A DNA stretch of 64,000 bases, taken from positions 1-64,000 of the IMG/VR virus record IMGVR_UViG_3300036780_000119. One strand, given 5' to 3'. Shown here piece by piece: positions 43,246-54,600 of the stretch (the first letter of the stretch is position 1; the number at the start of each line of letters is the position of its first letter). The position numbers and the translations under genes are program-made. The DNA comes from a virus. The notes beneath the pieces are model-generated. The model worked only from the letters and a program-made list of their open reading frames with translations. It was not told the DNA's origin and made no database searches.

Positions 43246-46053
43246 CTAGTTCCAGGCACCGCTTACCGGGGTGTGGATCGTGGCGGCCTGCCACGTGCCG
43301 CCCTGCACGGACATGGGCTGCGGGAACAGCCAGGTGATGCCGATGAGCACTTGCAGTTCGGCCATGCCGCCGGCCGGGCCGGCCGCGGGAACGATGATGA
43401 TCGTCAGCGTCGCCGACGCTGTGGACCCGTTGGCGTCGGTGACGGTGAACTGCGGGCTGTAGGAGCCGGGTGCGGTGGGTGTGCCGGTGATCGCCCCGGT
43501 CACAGTGCTCAGCGTCAGCCCCGGCGGCAGCGCCCCGGCAGTGACCGACCAGGTGTAGGGGCTGGTGCCGGACGTGACAGCCAGCACCGTTCCTGTGTAG
43601 GCGGTGCCGGTGGTGCCGCCAGTCACCGCCGTGGTGGTGATCACCGGGGCGGTGGAGGTGATGGTGATGGTGAACGACCCGGGCGCGGTCACCCCGTTGG
43701 CGTCGGTCACGGTGATGGTGACCGGCTGGGCGGTGACCGCCCCGGTGGGGGTGCCGTGGATCGTCCCGGCGGTGCCGGTGGCCGACCCGTCACCGTCGAG
43801 CAGCAGCCCGGCTGGCAGCGACCCGGCGGTGACCGCGAACGTGTACGGCGTGGTGCCCTGGGTGGCGGTCACCACCACCGGGTTGCCGCCGGTCTTGGTG
43901 TAGGCGGTGCCGGTCTTGCCGTTGGGCAGGCTGGTGGTGGTGATGGACAGCACCGCCGCGGTGAGGGTGGTCAGCACGGCCGCCCAGCCGTTGGCCTTGG
44001 TGACCGCCGAATAGCTGGGGGCTGCGGTGGCGGTCAGCGCCTGGGTGCCTGCGGACAGGTCGTCGGCGGTGCACATCTGCCAGACGCTGGGCGCGCTGGA
44101 CGCCAGGTGCGCGGCCTGCGTGTACCCGGACGGGACGGTCCAGGTGCCGGATGGGCTGGTGGCGTGGAAGGCGGCCACCGCCAGCAGCGCCATCGAGTCC
44201 GCGGCGTTCGGGGCACCGGCTTTGATCGGCATCGTGGCCGTGCCGGTCAGGCTCGCCGCGAATTTAGAACACTGGTTGTAGATGTAGTTGAGGCCGGGCA
44301 GCAGATCGTAGGCGGTGACGAAAAACCCGGCCTGGTTGCCGGCGCTGGAGTAGCTGATGGCGCTGCCGCCGGAGCTGCCGGCCAGGTAACACACGTCACC
44401 CGAGGGCGCGGGGGAGGAGGCGACGAAGTAGAACCCCTCGGTGAACCCGCCCGGCATGGTGGTGTTGGCGGCCAGCCACAGCTTGTCCCCGGCGTGGAAG
44501 GTCATCCCGGGCACGGTGAACTTGGCCGCGCCGCCGCTGCCGGAGGTGACGGTGGCCGCTTGCAGGATTTCCCCGTCGGGCAGGATGTTGTACTCCGGGT
44601 TATTCGCCCCGGAGAACCAGTTGATGCAGGCCACCGGCTTGCCGGCGGCGAGCCGGGCGGCCATCACATCGCCGACGTAGTTCATCCACGGCTTCTGCGT
44701 CTGGCCGCCGTCGCCGGGGCTGGCCCAGCCGGCGAAATAGAACTGGTTTTTCACCGGGTAGTTGGTGACGCCCTGCTGGGACATGCCAAGCTCAGCGACA
44801 CCGAACGGGACCGGGTAGGGCAGGTGCTGGTCGGCGTAGTCCATCATCGACTTGCCGGGGCCACCCTGGGATGCCTGCGCAAGGCCGTTCGGCTGGTCCA
44901 GGTAGTAGGTCGGCGGCCCGTTGGTGTAGGTGTTGCCGTACATATCAGCGACGATGAAAAAAACGAACTGGTCGCCGGGGTAGTACTGGTAGTAGTTGCC
45001 CTGGGTGGAGTGGTTGGTGGCCCAGTCCACCCCCACCGGCGTGAACCCGTACGGCCGGGCGGGCAGCCCCGGGTTGCCGGCCAGGCCCCAGTTCGGGTGC
45101 GCGTCCGCGAACAGGATCGCCGGGGCGTAGTAGTTGTAGTAGGCGTTGTACACCGGCCCGGAGCCGCTGAACGAGCCGCCGTTCGGCTCCTGCCAGACGG
45201 TCACCCACAACTGCGGCGGCTGCGTCCACGCGGGGCTGGCCGCCCAGGCGGTGGCCATCGCCTGCTGGAGGATGTTGACCGTCGTGGCCAGGTGCGAATA
45301 GTCGCCGGACGGGCTGGCCGGGTCCGCGCCGTTCAGCGACTGGGACGGCTTGACGCACAGCAGGACCGACGTGCCCGCGTTGATCAGGTCGAGCAGGTCG
45401 CCGGGCAGCCCGTTCGGGTTGCCGCCGGTGGACGGGCTGGAGTTGAGGATGTACTGCTGGCCGGATTCCTGGGCGGTGCCGGACCCAAGGAACCACTTCT
45501 GCATGTGGATGGCTATCGGCCCGGCCAGGGTGGTGCCGTCGACGGAGGACGCAGCGGTGTTCACCCAGTTGGCCAGGTTCAGCCGGCCGGAGGTGGGGGC
45601 GTGGCCACCGGGGTCGCCGCCGTACCCGCTGGGCAGTGTGGTGGCGCCGACAAACCCCGCGGACTGGCCGGAGTTGACCGCTACCGTCTCGATGATCGGG
45701 TAGGACCCGGCGGGCAGGCTGTATTCTTTCAGGCCGCCGTGGCAGTTCACCCCCACCTGGGCGGCGGGCAGGGTGAACGACACGGAGGTGAGGCCGCCGG
45801 GCTGGCTGGCGCCGGGCAGCATCCACGTCTCCACCCGGCCCGCGCCGCCGGCCGCTGAGACGGCCAGCTGAACCCAGTTGCCGTCCGGCGGTGTGAACGG
45901 GACCGCGGGTGCCGGGGCGAGCACCATGGCCAGCAGCATGTTCCCGGCGGTTGTCGGGGTAAATGTGGACCCGGTCTTGGCGGTGGTGAGCGCCACGGTG
46001 CCGTTGCCGGTGCACTGCGGCCCAGTCTGCACCGTCGTGAACTTGGCGGTCAC
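43246..46053 (-). CDS. Tail protein with GH26-like hydrolase and Ig-like domains
   Basis: WQEPN, DMY, PFGVAELG; two GG..PYT(F/W).V..G.LP.GL repeats. Confidence 0.7.
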   Translation of the reverse strand: MTAKFTTVQTGPQCTGNGTVALTTAKTGSTFTPTTAGNMLLAMVLAPAPAVPFTPPDGNWVQLAVSAAGGAGRVETWMLPGASQPGGLTSVSFTLPAAQVGVNCHGGLKEYSLPAGSYPIIETVAVNSGQSAGFVGATTLPSGYGGDPGGHAPTSGRLNLANWVNTAASSVDGTTLAGPIAIHMQKWFLGSGTAQESGQQYILNSSPSTGGNPNGLPGDLLDLINAGTSVLLCVKPSQSLNGADPASPSGDYSHLATTVNILQQAMATAWAASPAWTQPPQLWVTVWQEPNGGSFSGSGPVYNAYYNYYAPAILFADAHPNWGLAGNPGLPARPYGFTPVGVDWATNHSTQGNYYQYYPGDQFVFFIVADMYGNTYTNGPPTYYLDQPNGLAQASQGGPGKSMMDYADQHLPYPVPFGVAELGMSQQGVTNYPVKNQFYFAGWASPGDGGQTQKPWMNYVGDVMAARLAAGKPVACINWFSGANNPEYNILPDGEILQAATVTSGSGGAAKFTVPGMTFHAGDKLWLAANTTMPGGFTEGFYFVASSPAPSGDVCYLAGSSGGSAISYSSAGNQAGFFVTAYDLLPGLNYIYNQCSKFAASLTGTATMPIKAGAPNAADSMALLAVAAFHATSPSGTWTVPSGYTQAAHLASSAPSVWQMCTADDLSAGTQALTATAAPSYSAVTKANGWAAVLTTLTAAVLSITTTSLPNGKTGTAYTKTGGNPVVVTATQGTTPYTFAVTAGSLPAGLLLDGDGSATGTAGTIHGTPTGAVTAQPVTITVTDANGVTAPGSFTITITSTAPVITTTAVTGGTTGTAYTGTVLAVTSGTSPYTWSVTAGALPPGLTLSTVTGAITGTPTAPGSYSPQFTVTDANGSTASATLTIIIVPAAGPAGGMAELQVLIGITWLFPQPMSVQGGTWQAATIHTPVSGAWN

Positions 46054-46054
46054 G

Positions 46055-47833
46055 TCAGCCGGCCGCCGTCCACCAGCTCTTGCCGCCGCTGGACAATGCC
46101 GGCGTCGTCCCGGGCAGTGTGGTGGCCCCCGTGCCGCCGGTCGCGATCCGGTAGCTGGCCGCGGTGAGACCCAGGTTGTACAGGCCCCCCTGGCCGGTCG
46201 CGCCCCACATGTCGCCGAGCGTCGGCATCGTGGTCGCGTTCATCAGGAACGCCACCCAGTACTGGCCCGGGGTGAGTGCTTGCGCGGTGATCGTGCAGGT
46301 GACCAGGCTGCCGAGGGCGCCGCCGAATGAGGCGTCGGTGGCGGCGGACGCGAGCAGCGCCGTGGAACTGTACAGGCCCGCGAAGTTCTCCCCGGCGGTA
46401 ACTCCCGCAGCGGGGGTGCCGCCCAGCGCGAAATACAGCTTGGAGACGGTGACGGGCTGCCGGATTTTGAGGCCGAGCAGGTAGATCGTGCCGGAGGTGG
46501 GGGCGGTGCTTGCCGCGATCAGCATCGGGTCATATACCCAGGCGGCGAGACCATGGTCGGCGGGCATCCAGCCGTGTGCCGGGTGCACGTGCCCGGCGTC
46601 GGCCATCAGCCCCTTAGCCCCGGCTGCCTGGTTCCCGGCTGGCTGAATGTCGGTGGCCGTGCTGTCGAACGACAGCCCCTGGCTGTGCGCGGCCGACAGC
46701 CACACCTTGTTCGTGGATACGTACTGGAACAGGACCGTTTCGGCCCGGGACAGCAGGTAGGTGGTGGCGCCGCCGCCGACGTTGAACACGTCGGTCCCGG
46801 CTGCGGCGATCGTGCACGTGTTGCCGCTGGTGATGACCTTGACGCCGATGATGATCCGGTCGGCGGGGCCGTTGGGCAGCGTGATAGTGACCGCGCCGCC
46901 GGACGTGTTCACCCGTACCAGGTCATACGGGGCGGCGGTGTAGGCGGCGGTCTTCACGCCGGTCGGGATGATCACCCACGGGTGGATGTGGTCAGCGCGG
47001 GCCACCGATCCGAGGCTGCCCGCGGACTGGGTGCCGGCCGGCTGAATGTCGGTGCTGGTGGAGTCGAGCGTCACCGTGGAAAGCTGGCTGACGGTGGCTG
47101 CGTCCTGCGGGCTCACCCCGTCGGCCAGGTTCGACAGGGTCTGGCTGTTCATCGGCACCGTGGCCGTGGGCGGATGCTCGGTGGCAATTATGTCCAGGCT
47201 GCTGGTTTTGACCAGCGGCGTGTCCGGGTTGGTGTTGTCCACCGTGACCGAGCCGTCGGCCGCAGTTACTGACGTGACACCGCCGGGTGCAATGCCGCTG
47301 GTCGTGTTCAGCCACACGTCGGTCGGCAGCGCGCCGCCGGTGCCGCCCAGCGTCGGCGCGACCGGCCCAACCCACCACACCACTGATGAGGTGGTGTCTG
47401 GCCGCAGCGGGTAGCTGGCGGTGTCCGGGTCGTAGTACACGTAGGGGGCGAGCTGCATCGCGGCAAGGGGCGCGACGTCGCCGGCCAGCGTGGTCAGGTC
47501 GGTGCCGATGTCGTTGGCGTACAGCCACCGCCGCGGCCCGGTACCACCGGACGCGTCGGCGGCCATCCGGTAAATCCCGTCCGGCCCCTGGAGGCTGTCG
47601 GGGATTTCCCCGTTGGCATCACAGGTGACCGACGCGGTGGGGGTGCCGGTGCCATCCAGCAGGCCGGTGCCGTCGTCCACGCCGCCGGGCAGCGGCGCCG
47701 CCGGGTACTGGGCGCCGCCGACGAGGCTGTCCCAGAAGGTGAGCGTCACCCCGGGCGCCTGGGCGATCGACCCGTCGGTGTTCCAGGTGAACGCCCAGTC
47801 CGAGCTGCCGCCGCCGAAAGTGTGCCTAGCCAA
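46055..47833 (-). CDS. Minor tail protein
   Basis: MARHTFGG..DW N-terminus; ARADH.HP repeats. Confidence 0.75.
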   Translation of the reverse strand: MARHTFGGGSSDWAFTWNTDGSIAQAPGVTLTFWDSLVGGAQYPAAPLPGGVDDGTGLLDGTGTPTASVTCDANGEIPDSLQGPDGIYRMAADASGGTGPRRWLYANDIGTDLTTLAGDVAPLAAMQLAPYVYYDPDTASYPLRPDTTSSVVWWVGPVAPTLGGTGGALPTDVWLNTTSGIAPGGVTSVTAADGSVTVDNTNPDTPLVKTSSLDIIATEHPPTATVPMNSQTLSNLADGVSPQDAATVSQLSTVTLDSTSTDIQPAGTQSAGSLGSVARADHIHPWVIIPTGVKTAAYTAAPYDLVRVNTSGGAVTITLPNGPADRIIIGVKVITSGNTCTIAAAGTDVFNVGGGATTYLLSRAETVLFQYVSTNKVWLSAAHSQGLSFDSTATDIQPAGNQAAGAKGLMADAGHVHPAHGWMPADHGLAAWVYDPMLIAASTAPTSGTIYLLGLKIRQPVTVSKLYFALGGTPAAGVTAGENFAGLYSSTALLASAATDASFGGALGSLVTCTITAQALTPGQYWVAFLMNATTMPTLGDMWGATGQGGLYNLGLTAASYRIATGGTGATTLPGTTPALSSGGKSWWTAAG

Positions 47834-47897
47834 AGGATGTCTCCTCGCGGGGGTCAGATACCGGGCGGGTGGCTGCCAGACCCCTCCGTGACGGGGG

Positions 47898-48830
47898 TCA
47901 GAAGGCCAGCGGGTAGCAGCCGGTGCCTTCCAGGACGCTGGCTGAGGTGGCGACGCCGTATGCGGCGACGGTGCCGTCGGCGCGGAAGGTCAGGGACGCG
48001 GTTTCGAAGGAGCCGGAGCCGCCTTGCGGGGACTGCTTGACCGCGTCGCAGCGCAGCGGCACGTGGTGATACACCGGCGGCGCGTAGGAGCTGGAGATGC
48101 TGCAGATGACGGTGCCGTCGCCGACGTCCGCGGCGCCGCCCAGGGTGATTTCCGCGGCCACCGCGACCAGGCCAGGCGCGACCTTCGCATACGACAAGGT
48201 GCCGCGCCAGCCTTGTGGCCGGAAGTTGGTGATGGTGTGGGGTGTGTCGGGGGTCAGCGCGATATAGGACCAGGAAGACCCGTCCCACAGGGCGACCATC
48301 CCGGTGTCGCTTTCATACAGCAGCCCCGGCGATGGCATTTTCGGCCGCACCGACGACACGCCAGCCAGTATCAGCCCACCGGAGTACCGTTCATCGGCCA
48401 TCTGGGTGAGCCCGCCGGAGGATGCCGACTGCCAGGACATGATGGGCAGGTCCCACAGGCCGGTGGAGGTTTGCGTCAGGGCGGGTTTCTGCGGATTGGC
48501 GCCGGGGGTTCCGGTGATGACGGTGGGCACGATGAACAGGGACGGGTCGCTGGCGGCCCGGTCCAGCCTCAGCACGAGCCTGTCGATCCTGTTCTGTGAT
48601 GAGGCAGCCGGCACCGGCGTGGCGGTGCTGGCGGAGACGGGTTTGCAGAACGACCGGATGATCGCGGCGCCGGTGCCGATGACGGCGTTGCGGCCCGACC
48701 CGTCCAGCGACGGCGCCAGCCCGGTGATCACCCCGGACCACAGGCCGGGGGAGAACAGTTCCTCCCACTGGCTGATGTTGCTGACCGTGGAAACACCCGG
48801 CAGCGGGAAGGCGTCATCGGCGATGGTTAC
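47898..48830 (-). CDS. Minor tail protein (start codon unclear)
   Basis: RIDRLVLRLD...GTPGANP..PALTQ...WDLPI. Confidence 0.75.
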   Translation of the reverse strand, partial: VTIADDAFPLPGVSTVSNISQWEELFSPGLWSGVITGLAPSLDGSGRNAVIGTGAAIIRSFCKPVSASTATPVPAASSQNRIDRLVLRLDRAASDPSLFIVPTVITGTPGANPQKPALTQTSTGLWDLPIMSWQSASSGGLTQMADERYSGGLILAGVSSVRPKMPSPGLLYESDTGMVALWDGSSWSYIALTPDTPHTITNFRPQGWRGTLSYAKVAPGLVAVAAEITLGGAADVGDGTVICSISSSYAPPVYHHVPLRCDAVKQSPQGGSGSFETASLTFRADGTVAAYGVATSASVLEGTGCYPLAF

Positions 48831-50626
48831 TGCCCTGCCTTTCTGGCAGCCCTGATGGCCTTGTTGATCTTGCGGACCTGGGAGGCGAGCCGCCGCACCG
48901 CGCTGCGGTCGGCCGTGCTGTCGTCGGAGGAGGCGCCGACGGTGGGCGTGACCACCTCGTAATAGCTGCCGTAACTGCCGGTGACCTGCACGCCGGTTGT
49001 CGGGCCCATGTAGACGGTGCCGGAGGTGTCTGACCCGGCGGTGAGCTCGACCGCGCTGATCACGTCGGTGTAGGAGATGCCCGGGTGGATCTGGATGGTG
49101 ACCGTGTCGCCAAGCTGGTAGCCCTGCACGACGCCCACGGTTTCGCCGAACCGCAAGTGCGGGATGTCGGTGGCGGTGATGGTCAGCGTGTGCGCGCTCG
49201 CGCCGTCCGCCAGATCCTGGTCGACCGCGGTGGAGATGTCGTCGGCGTTGGTGGAGGATGTCTGGTCCTCGAACAGTTCGGTGCGCCGCCACGGGTCACC
49301 GGCCGCGTCGCCGGAACTGTCGTGTTCGGTGAAGTTCGGTGGCTGCGCGCCGTCTTCGATGAGCACGACGTCTGTGGTGGGGATGGCGTCGGCGATGCTG
49401 TCGCCGCGCAGGTTGCCCAGCGTCGTGGAGAACACGGCCTTTTTGGACAGGTCACGGGGCAGGTAGCAGTCGAACACCAGATTGCCGCCGGCCAGGCCGA
49501 TGCTGACCCCGATCAGGCTCTTGGACGCGACCGTCCGGATTTTGTCCATCAGGGTCTGCCCCAGGTTGGACACGTAGGTGCCGGTGGCGCCGCCGCCGGA
49601 GTCATACAGCATCACGTCATCGACGTAGTGCACCTCACCGGCGTTCTGCGTGTTCTGCACCTTGACCGCGGCCAGCGCCCACACCGAGTTGTCCGGGGCG
49701 GCGACCGACCCGGTGGACTGGGTCCAGCCGGAGTCGGAGTCCACGGCACCCTGGGCGTAGATGGTGGCCAGGTGGCTGCCGGAAATGTCATAGAACGACG
49801 CGCCCGTGTCGCAGGTCTGGGCGAAGTTGAAGGTGCGGAACCATGCGGAGCAGTTGATGGAATCACCGGGGCGGACGCTCATCCCCTGGGCGGCGACACT
49901 GCCCGGGGCGCCGGAGAACGCGGTCATGTCCCCCGCCGCGGCCGATGTCATCTGCATGCTGTGGCCGCCGGAGTGGGCACGGTCGGTGGTGCGGGCAATG
50001 CCGCAGTTCGCCTGGGCGGTCCAGTTGCCGAGGCTGCCGTCGAATCCGGCGCTGTCACCGGACAGCCAGTTCGATGACCCGGTGGCCAGCGGCGCGGTCA
50101 GGGTGAGGCTGATCGTGCCGCCGCGGCCCTGGTCGGTGGCGACGGTGAAGTTGGGCACATTGCGGGCCGTGTCGCCGGCGGTCACCATGTTCTCGGTGAC
50201 CAGGGTTTTGATGACGGTCTCGGCCGGGCCGGAGATGACCCGCGGGGTGGTGGGCTGGTTCGCCCACGTTTTGGTGCCGTCGATGTACGCGACCCGGTTG
50301 GCCAGCAGGCACAGGAAGTCCGCGCCAGACAGTGTGATGGTTTCGGTGATGATGCCGGTGTTCGGGTCAACAACCAGGTCGTGTTCCCACTGCTCGGCCA
50401 GCAACGGCACCTGGAACACGCCGTTCCAGTCCACAAACAAGGCGCGGGGAATGAACTCGCCCTGGGAGTCGAACGTGACCAGCAGCCAGTTCCGCGGGGT
50501 CGCCGGCAATACCAGGGTGAACGCGCCGACCTGGTTGAACTGCAGCGTGTTGACGTCCAGTTTCTGCCAGGTGATCGGCTGCTGGGGCACCAGCTCGTCG
50601 CTGAGCGCGTCAATGCGGACCGTCAC
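48827..50626 (-). CDS. Baseplate hub / Gp37-like minor tail protein with CBM-like insertion
   Basis: FNQVGAFTL, SGPAETVIK, YQLGDTVT; insert RAHSG.HS...YVDDV. Confidence 0.8.
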   Translation of the reverse strand: MTVRIDALSDELVPQQPITWQKLDVNTLQFNQVGAFTLVLPATPRNWLLVTFDSQGEFIPRALFVDWNGVFQVPLLAEQWEHDLVVDPNTGIITETITLSGADFLCLLANRVAYIDGTKTWANQPTTPRVISGPAETVIKTLVTENMVTAGDTARNVPNFTVATDQGRGGTISLTLTAPLATGSSNWLSGDSAGFDGSLGNWTAQANCGIARTTDRAHSGGHSMQMTSAAAGDMTAFSGAPGSVAAQGMSVRPGDSINCSAWFRTFNFAQTCDTGASFYDISGSHLATIYAQGAVDSDSGWTQSTGSVAAPDNSVWALAAVKVQNTQNAGEVHYVDDVMLYDSGGGATGTYVSNLGQTLMDKIRTVASKSLIGVSIGLAGGNLVFDCYLPRDLSKKAVFSTTLGNLRGDSIADAIPTTDVVLIEDGAQPPNFTEHDSSGDAAGDPWRRTELFEDQTSSTNADDISTAVDQDLADGASAHTLTITATDIPHLRFGETVGVVQGYQLGDTVTIQIHPGISYTDVISAVELTAGSDTSGTVYMGPTTGVQVTGSYGSYYEVVTPTVGASSDDSTADRSAVRRLASQVRKINKAIRAARKAGQ

Positions 50627-51576
50627 GGGCGCAGCCAGCGGCGCGTGTAGAACAGGGCAATCTGGGATCCGGCGCCGGTGCCGGTGAGCTCGACGTCGAT
50701 CAGGTTGACGCCGGGCACCAGCGGCCACAGGTCCCGCGGGTCGGCGGCGGCCAGATGCGCCCACTGGGAGTTCCCGGCGGCGTCGGTGACGCTAGTGCCG
50801 GTGACCGGGTCGGTGACGACCGTCCACACATCGCCGTCGGGCACGGACGTGTCCAGGGTCCACTCCAGGCCGGTGGTCACGTTGGTCACGGCCGGCTGGC
50901 CAGGACCGGTGACCTGCCAGGTCGGGTAGGTGTCGGCGTCGCCGGTGTAGTTGATGTCGCTCTGCCCGAGTGCCATGCCGGGGGACAGCAGGATCGGCGG
51001 CATCGGCGGCACCCCGGCGCCGGGGATGGCGGCGGCGAACACGATCGGCCCCACCTGCTGGGCGGGCACATCGGTCCAGTACGGCTGCCCGGTGAGGGTG
51101 AGCGTCCACTGTGACCACCACAGCGGGATGTCGGTCTCATCGGGCTGGTCCAGCCCGGCCGTGCAGTAGCATTCGAGCAGCCGCAAACTCCCGTCGGGCT
51201 GCTGAATCCCCAGGTAGCCGGGTTTCGGAACGCCGGCGCGGACGGTCCAGAAAGCGTTGCTGACCGCCTCATACAGCAGGTGCGCGGCCGATGGGTCGGT
51301 TTTGTCCGGCGCTTCGGCGTACAAGGCGAGGGTGACGGTCCGCGGCTGCGGGATCTGGCTCTGGATGATGAACGCGCCGGTCGGCAGCGGCAGCATGGTC
51401 AGCGCGTTGGGGAAGCCGCCGATGCCGCTGATGGCGGTGGCGATGACCCCGTCGCCCAGGCCCAGGTCGGACAGGTCCCACACTTTCCCGTCCGGGTCGG
51501 TCCAGGTCAGGTCGGGCCGTGCGCCCAGCTGCGGGAAGGTGGGCAGGGTGATGGTGGCCTGGGCGAGAACAGGCAA
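50623..51576 (-). CDS. Distal tail protein
   Basis: Directly after tape measure; GDADTYP.W.VTGP, LWPLVPGVN. Confidence 0.8.
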   Translation of the reverse strand: MPVLAQATITLPTFPQLGARPDLTWTDPDGKVWDLSDLGLGDGVIATAISGIGGFPNALTMLPLPTGAFIIQSQIPQPRTVTLALYAEAPDKTDPSAAHLLYEAVSNAFWTVRAGVPKPGYLGIQQPDGSLRLLECYCTAGLDQPDETDIPLWWSQWTLTLTGQPYWTDVPAQQVGPIVFAAAIPGAGVPPMPPILLSPGMALGQSDINYTGDADTYPTWQVTGPGQPAVTNVTTGLEWTLDTSVPDGDVWTVVTDPVTGTSVTDAAGNSQWAHLAAADPRDLWPLVPGVNLIDVELTGTGAGSQIALFYTRRWLRP

Positions 51577-51603
51577 ACCGTGCCCCCCTTTCCCGGCGGC
51601 TGG

Positions 51604-54600
51604 CTAGTTGGGGCGGCCGATGCGGGCGCGGCGGCCGTCGTTGATGGCCATGGCGGTGAACGCCTGCCGGACGCGGGATTCCATCGCCGTGGCGGCCCAT
51701 TCGTCGGGGAACTGGGCGATGTAGGTGTTTGAGCCCGCGCCGGGGTGCCCGGCCCGGTGGAGCTGGCTGGCCGGCAGCACAACCTCGGGTTTGCCGGTCA
51801 GGTTCGCGGCCAGGGTGAGACCCGGCGGCAAGATGCCGCCGCGGTCATACCAGCCGTGCGAAAGCTCATGCGCCCAGGCGTTGTCCGGGCCGCCGTAGGT
51901 TGCCTTGATGTAGCCGAGACCCCACCGGATCTGTGTTTCGGGGTTGGTGAGGTAGTCCGCGCCGGCGGCGGCCATTTTCGACGCCGGGAGGGACTGCGGG
52001 ATACCGTATGCGCCGCTCGGGTTGGCCGCGTTCCACCGCCAGCCCGATTCGCGGGTCCACAGCAGGTCCAGCGCCGGCCACTGATCGGCCCAGCCCATCG
52101 TGGCGATCAGCCGTTTGGCGATCGACTGGGCCGGCCCGGTGGCCGCCACGGCACCGGGAATGCCAAACCCGGATGCCGCTGCGGTGGCGGCGGTTTTGAT
52201 GGCGGACTTCATCGCCGACACCATGGAGCTGGTCATGTCGCTGGTGAAGTTGTTCACCATGTTCGTCGCGTACTTGCCGTCCAGCACGTTTTTGTTGCCG
52301 GCCAGGACGAGGCCGCCGTCGGCGAAACCGGGGATGCTGCCGCGCAGGTGATCGACCAGGCCGGCCGAGACCATTTTCGCCGGGACGATCAGCTCACCCT
52401 TGGACACGCGGGCGAACACGTCATCGGCGGTCGCGGTCGTGCCGGCGTGCACGTAGGCCCCGCTGGCACCAGATACCGGCGTGGTGCCGCCCTGGGTGGC
52501 GTGCCCGCTTTCACCCTGGAAGTACGCGCCCTGCTGGTGGATCGAATACTGGCCTTTGCCGGTCATCGACAGGTAAAAACCCTCTTTGGGAGGGATTTTC
52601 TTGATGGCGCCGGTCAGGTTGTTGACATCGATTTTGGCCTGGCCGGCGGTCAGCCCGGTTTTCTCCAGGTCTTTAATCAGCTGGGCGCGGGCGCCACGCC
52701 CGGCGTCGGTGTTCTGCGTGTTGTTCCGGACATCGGTGTTGTAAGCCTCAAGTGCCTTGCTCAGGGTGCTGGTCTGGGTTTGCCCCTGATGCATTGAATC
52801 CCACAGCGCGGTCGCCGCGGTTTTGCTGATACCCAGTTTTTGCGCCAGCTGGGCGATCTGCTGCTGCACGTTCTGGATTTTCGAGCCGGTGGCGCTGAAC
52901 GGCTGATTGCGGAAGGTGTCCCACAGCACCTTCGCCTGGTAGTTGGTGGCACCCATTCCCTCGGCGAACGTCATGAATGCCTGCCGCGCTTCCCCCACAT
53001 TGTGCAGGGTGCCGATGAGGGTGTTGCCGACCCGTTTCGTCGCCGCCGCCACCTGGCTGCTGGCGAGGCTGTGATGGGCCATCGCCTCGGCGAAATTATT
53101 GAATGATGCCTGGCCGCCGTGTGCGATGAAAATCGCGGTGGACATGGCATTGGTGAGGGTGGTGCCAAGCGCCGTGGACAGCCGCTTGACGTCGCGGGCC
53201 AGCCCGGCCGCGTCGACGGTCAGCGTGGTCGTTGCCTTGTCGGTGCGGGCCAGCCCGGTGGCGGGTTTCCCGGCCCATTCGGCCAGCTGCTTGAAACTGT
53301 CGGCCGCGGGGTAGCCGCCCTGCTGGGCCAGTGCGTACAGTTCGGCGGTCGCGGACTTGCTGCCCTTCACCGACGGCAGCAGCGTCGCGACAAGCCCCTT
53401 GATGCCGTCGGTGAGCAGGTGGTAGCCCTTGGTGCCGTCCCCGGCGGCGCTGGCCAGGGTCATCAGGTTGTCCGCCTGGGTCTGGGCAGCGCCGATGGTC
53501 TGCTGGAACTGCATCCGGGCGGCGATGCTGGACGTGTTCAGCCCGTCCAGGGACACCTTGGTGGCCTTGGCTGCGGAGCCGCTGCCGGACATGTCCTTGT
53601 TCAGCGTCGCCAGCTGCTGGGCGAACTGGCTGAACCCGGTCTCACCGCCGGACACGGTTTTGAAGAACGCATCCCAGCCGCCGGTCACCTTAGCGATCGA
53701 GGACTGCTGCTGCAGCGTCGCGAAGGTGACCGCGTTGACGCTGTTGCCGAGCAGCCCCGCCTGGATACCGGCGGCTTTGTAGCCGTCCTTCAGGTTCTGG
53801 ACCTTGATCGCCATCGTGGCGACGGAGTCACCGGCCCGCACCCCGGCCAGGTTCATGATCGCCAGCGACTGGGAGTAGGTGTGCCCCTGGGTGATCAGGT
53901 TCCCGGTCTCGGTGAACAGGTTTTTCTGTTTCCCGAGCAGCTGACCGATTTCGGCGTTGTATTTGGAAATGTCGATGCGGGCGGCTTCGGCACCGGCGCC
54001 GGCGTGGCCGAAAATGGCGGTGAAGATGCCGCCGATGGCCTTGATCTGGCCCAGGCCGGGCCCCTGGGAACCCATGACGTGGCCGAGGTTCGCGAACGCA
54101 TGCCCGACACCCATGATCCAGTTCGGGACGCCCTGGGTGAAGAACTCGCCGAGCTGGGTCCAGAACCCGCCGGACTGCATCTGCTTGAGTTCGCTGCCAG
54201 AGGTGGTGGCCGCGATTTTGGTGTTGAGCTGGCCGATCGCGACGCCGATGTCGGTGATCGCGGTGGATGCCTGGTCGGTGTCGATCCGCTGGTTGATCGT
54301 GTCGATGAACTTCCGCGCCGCCGGGGTGCCCTGCGACGCCTGGTAGGTGAAGTAGCCGATCGCCGCGGACGCGGTGGCGATCCACCCCCACGGGCTGGTG
54401 ACGGCGAACTTGAGAAGGTTCTTGAAACTGGTCCCAGACTTGACCGCGTCAACCTGCTTGGCGCTGAGATAGCCGAGCCCCCGGCCCGCAGCCAGCAGCG
54501 GCGCGGACAGCACCTTGGACCACAGCCACAGGCCATGCAGGGCAAGAACGGTTTGCACGATCGGTGCTGGCAGTTCGGTGAACAGTTTCAGCAGTTCCGC

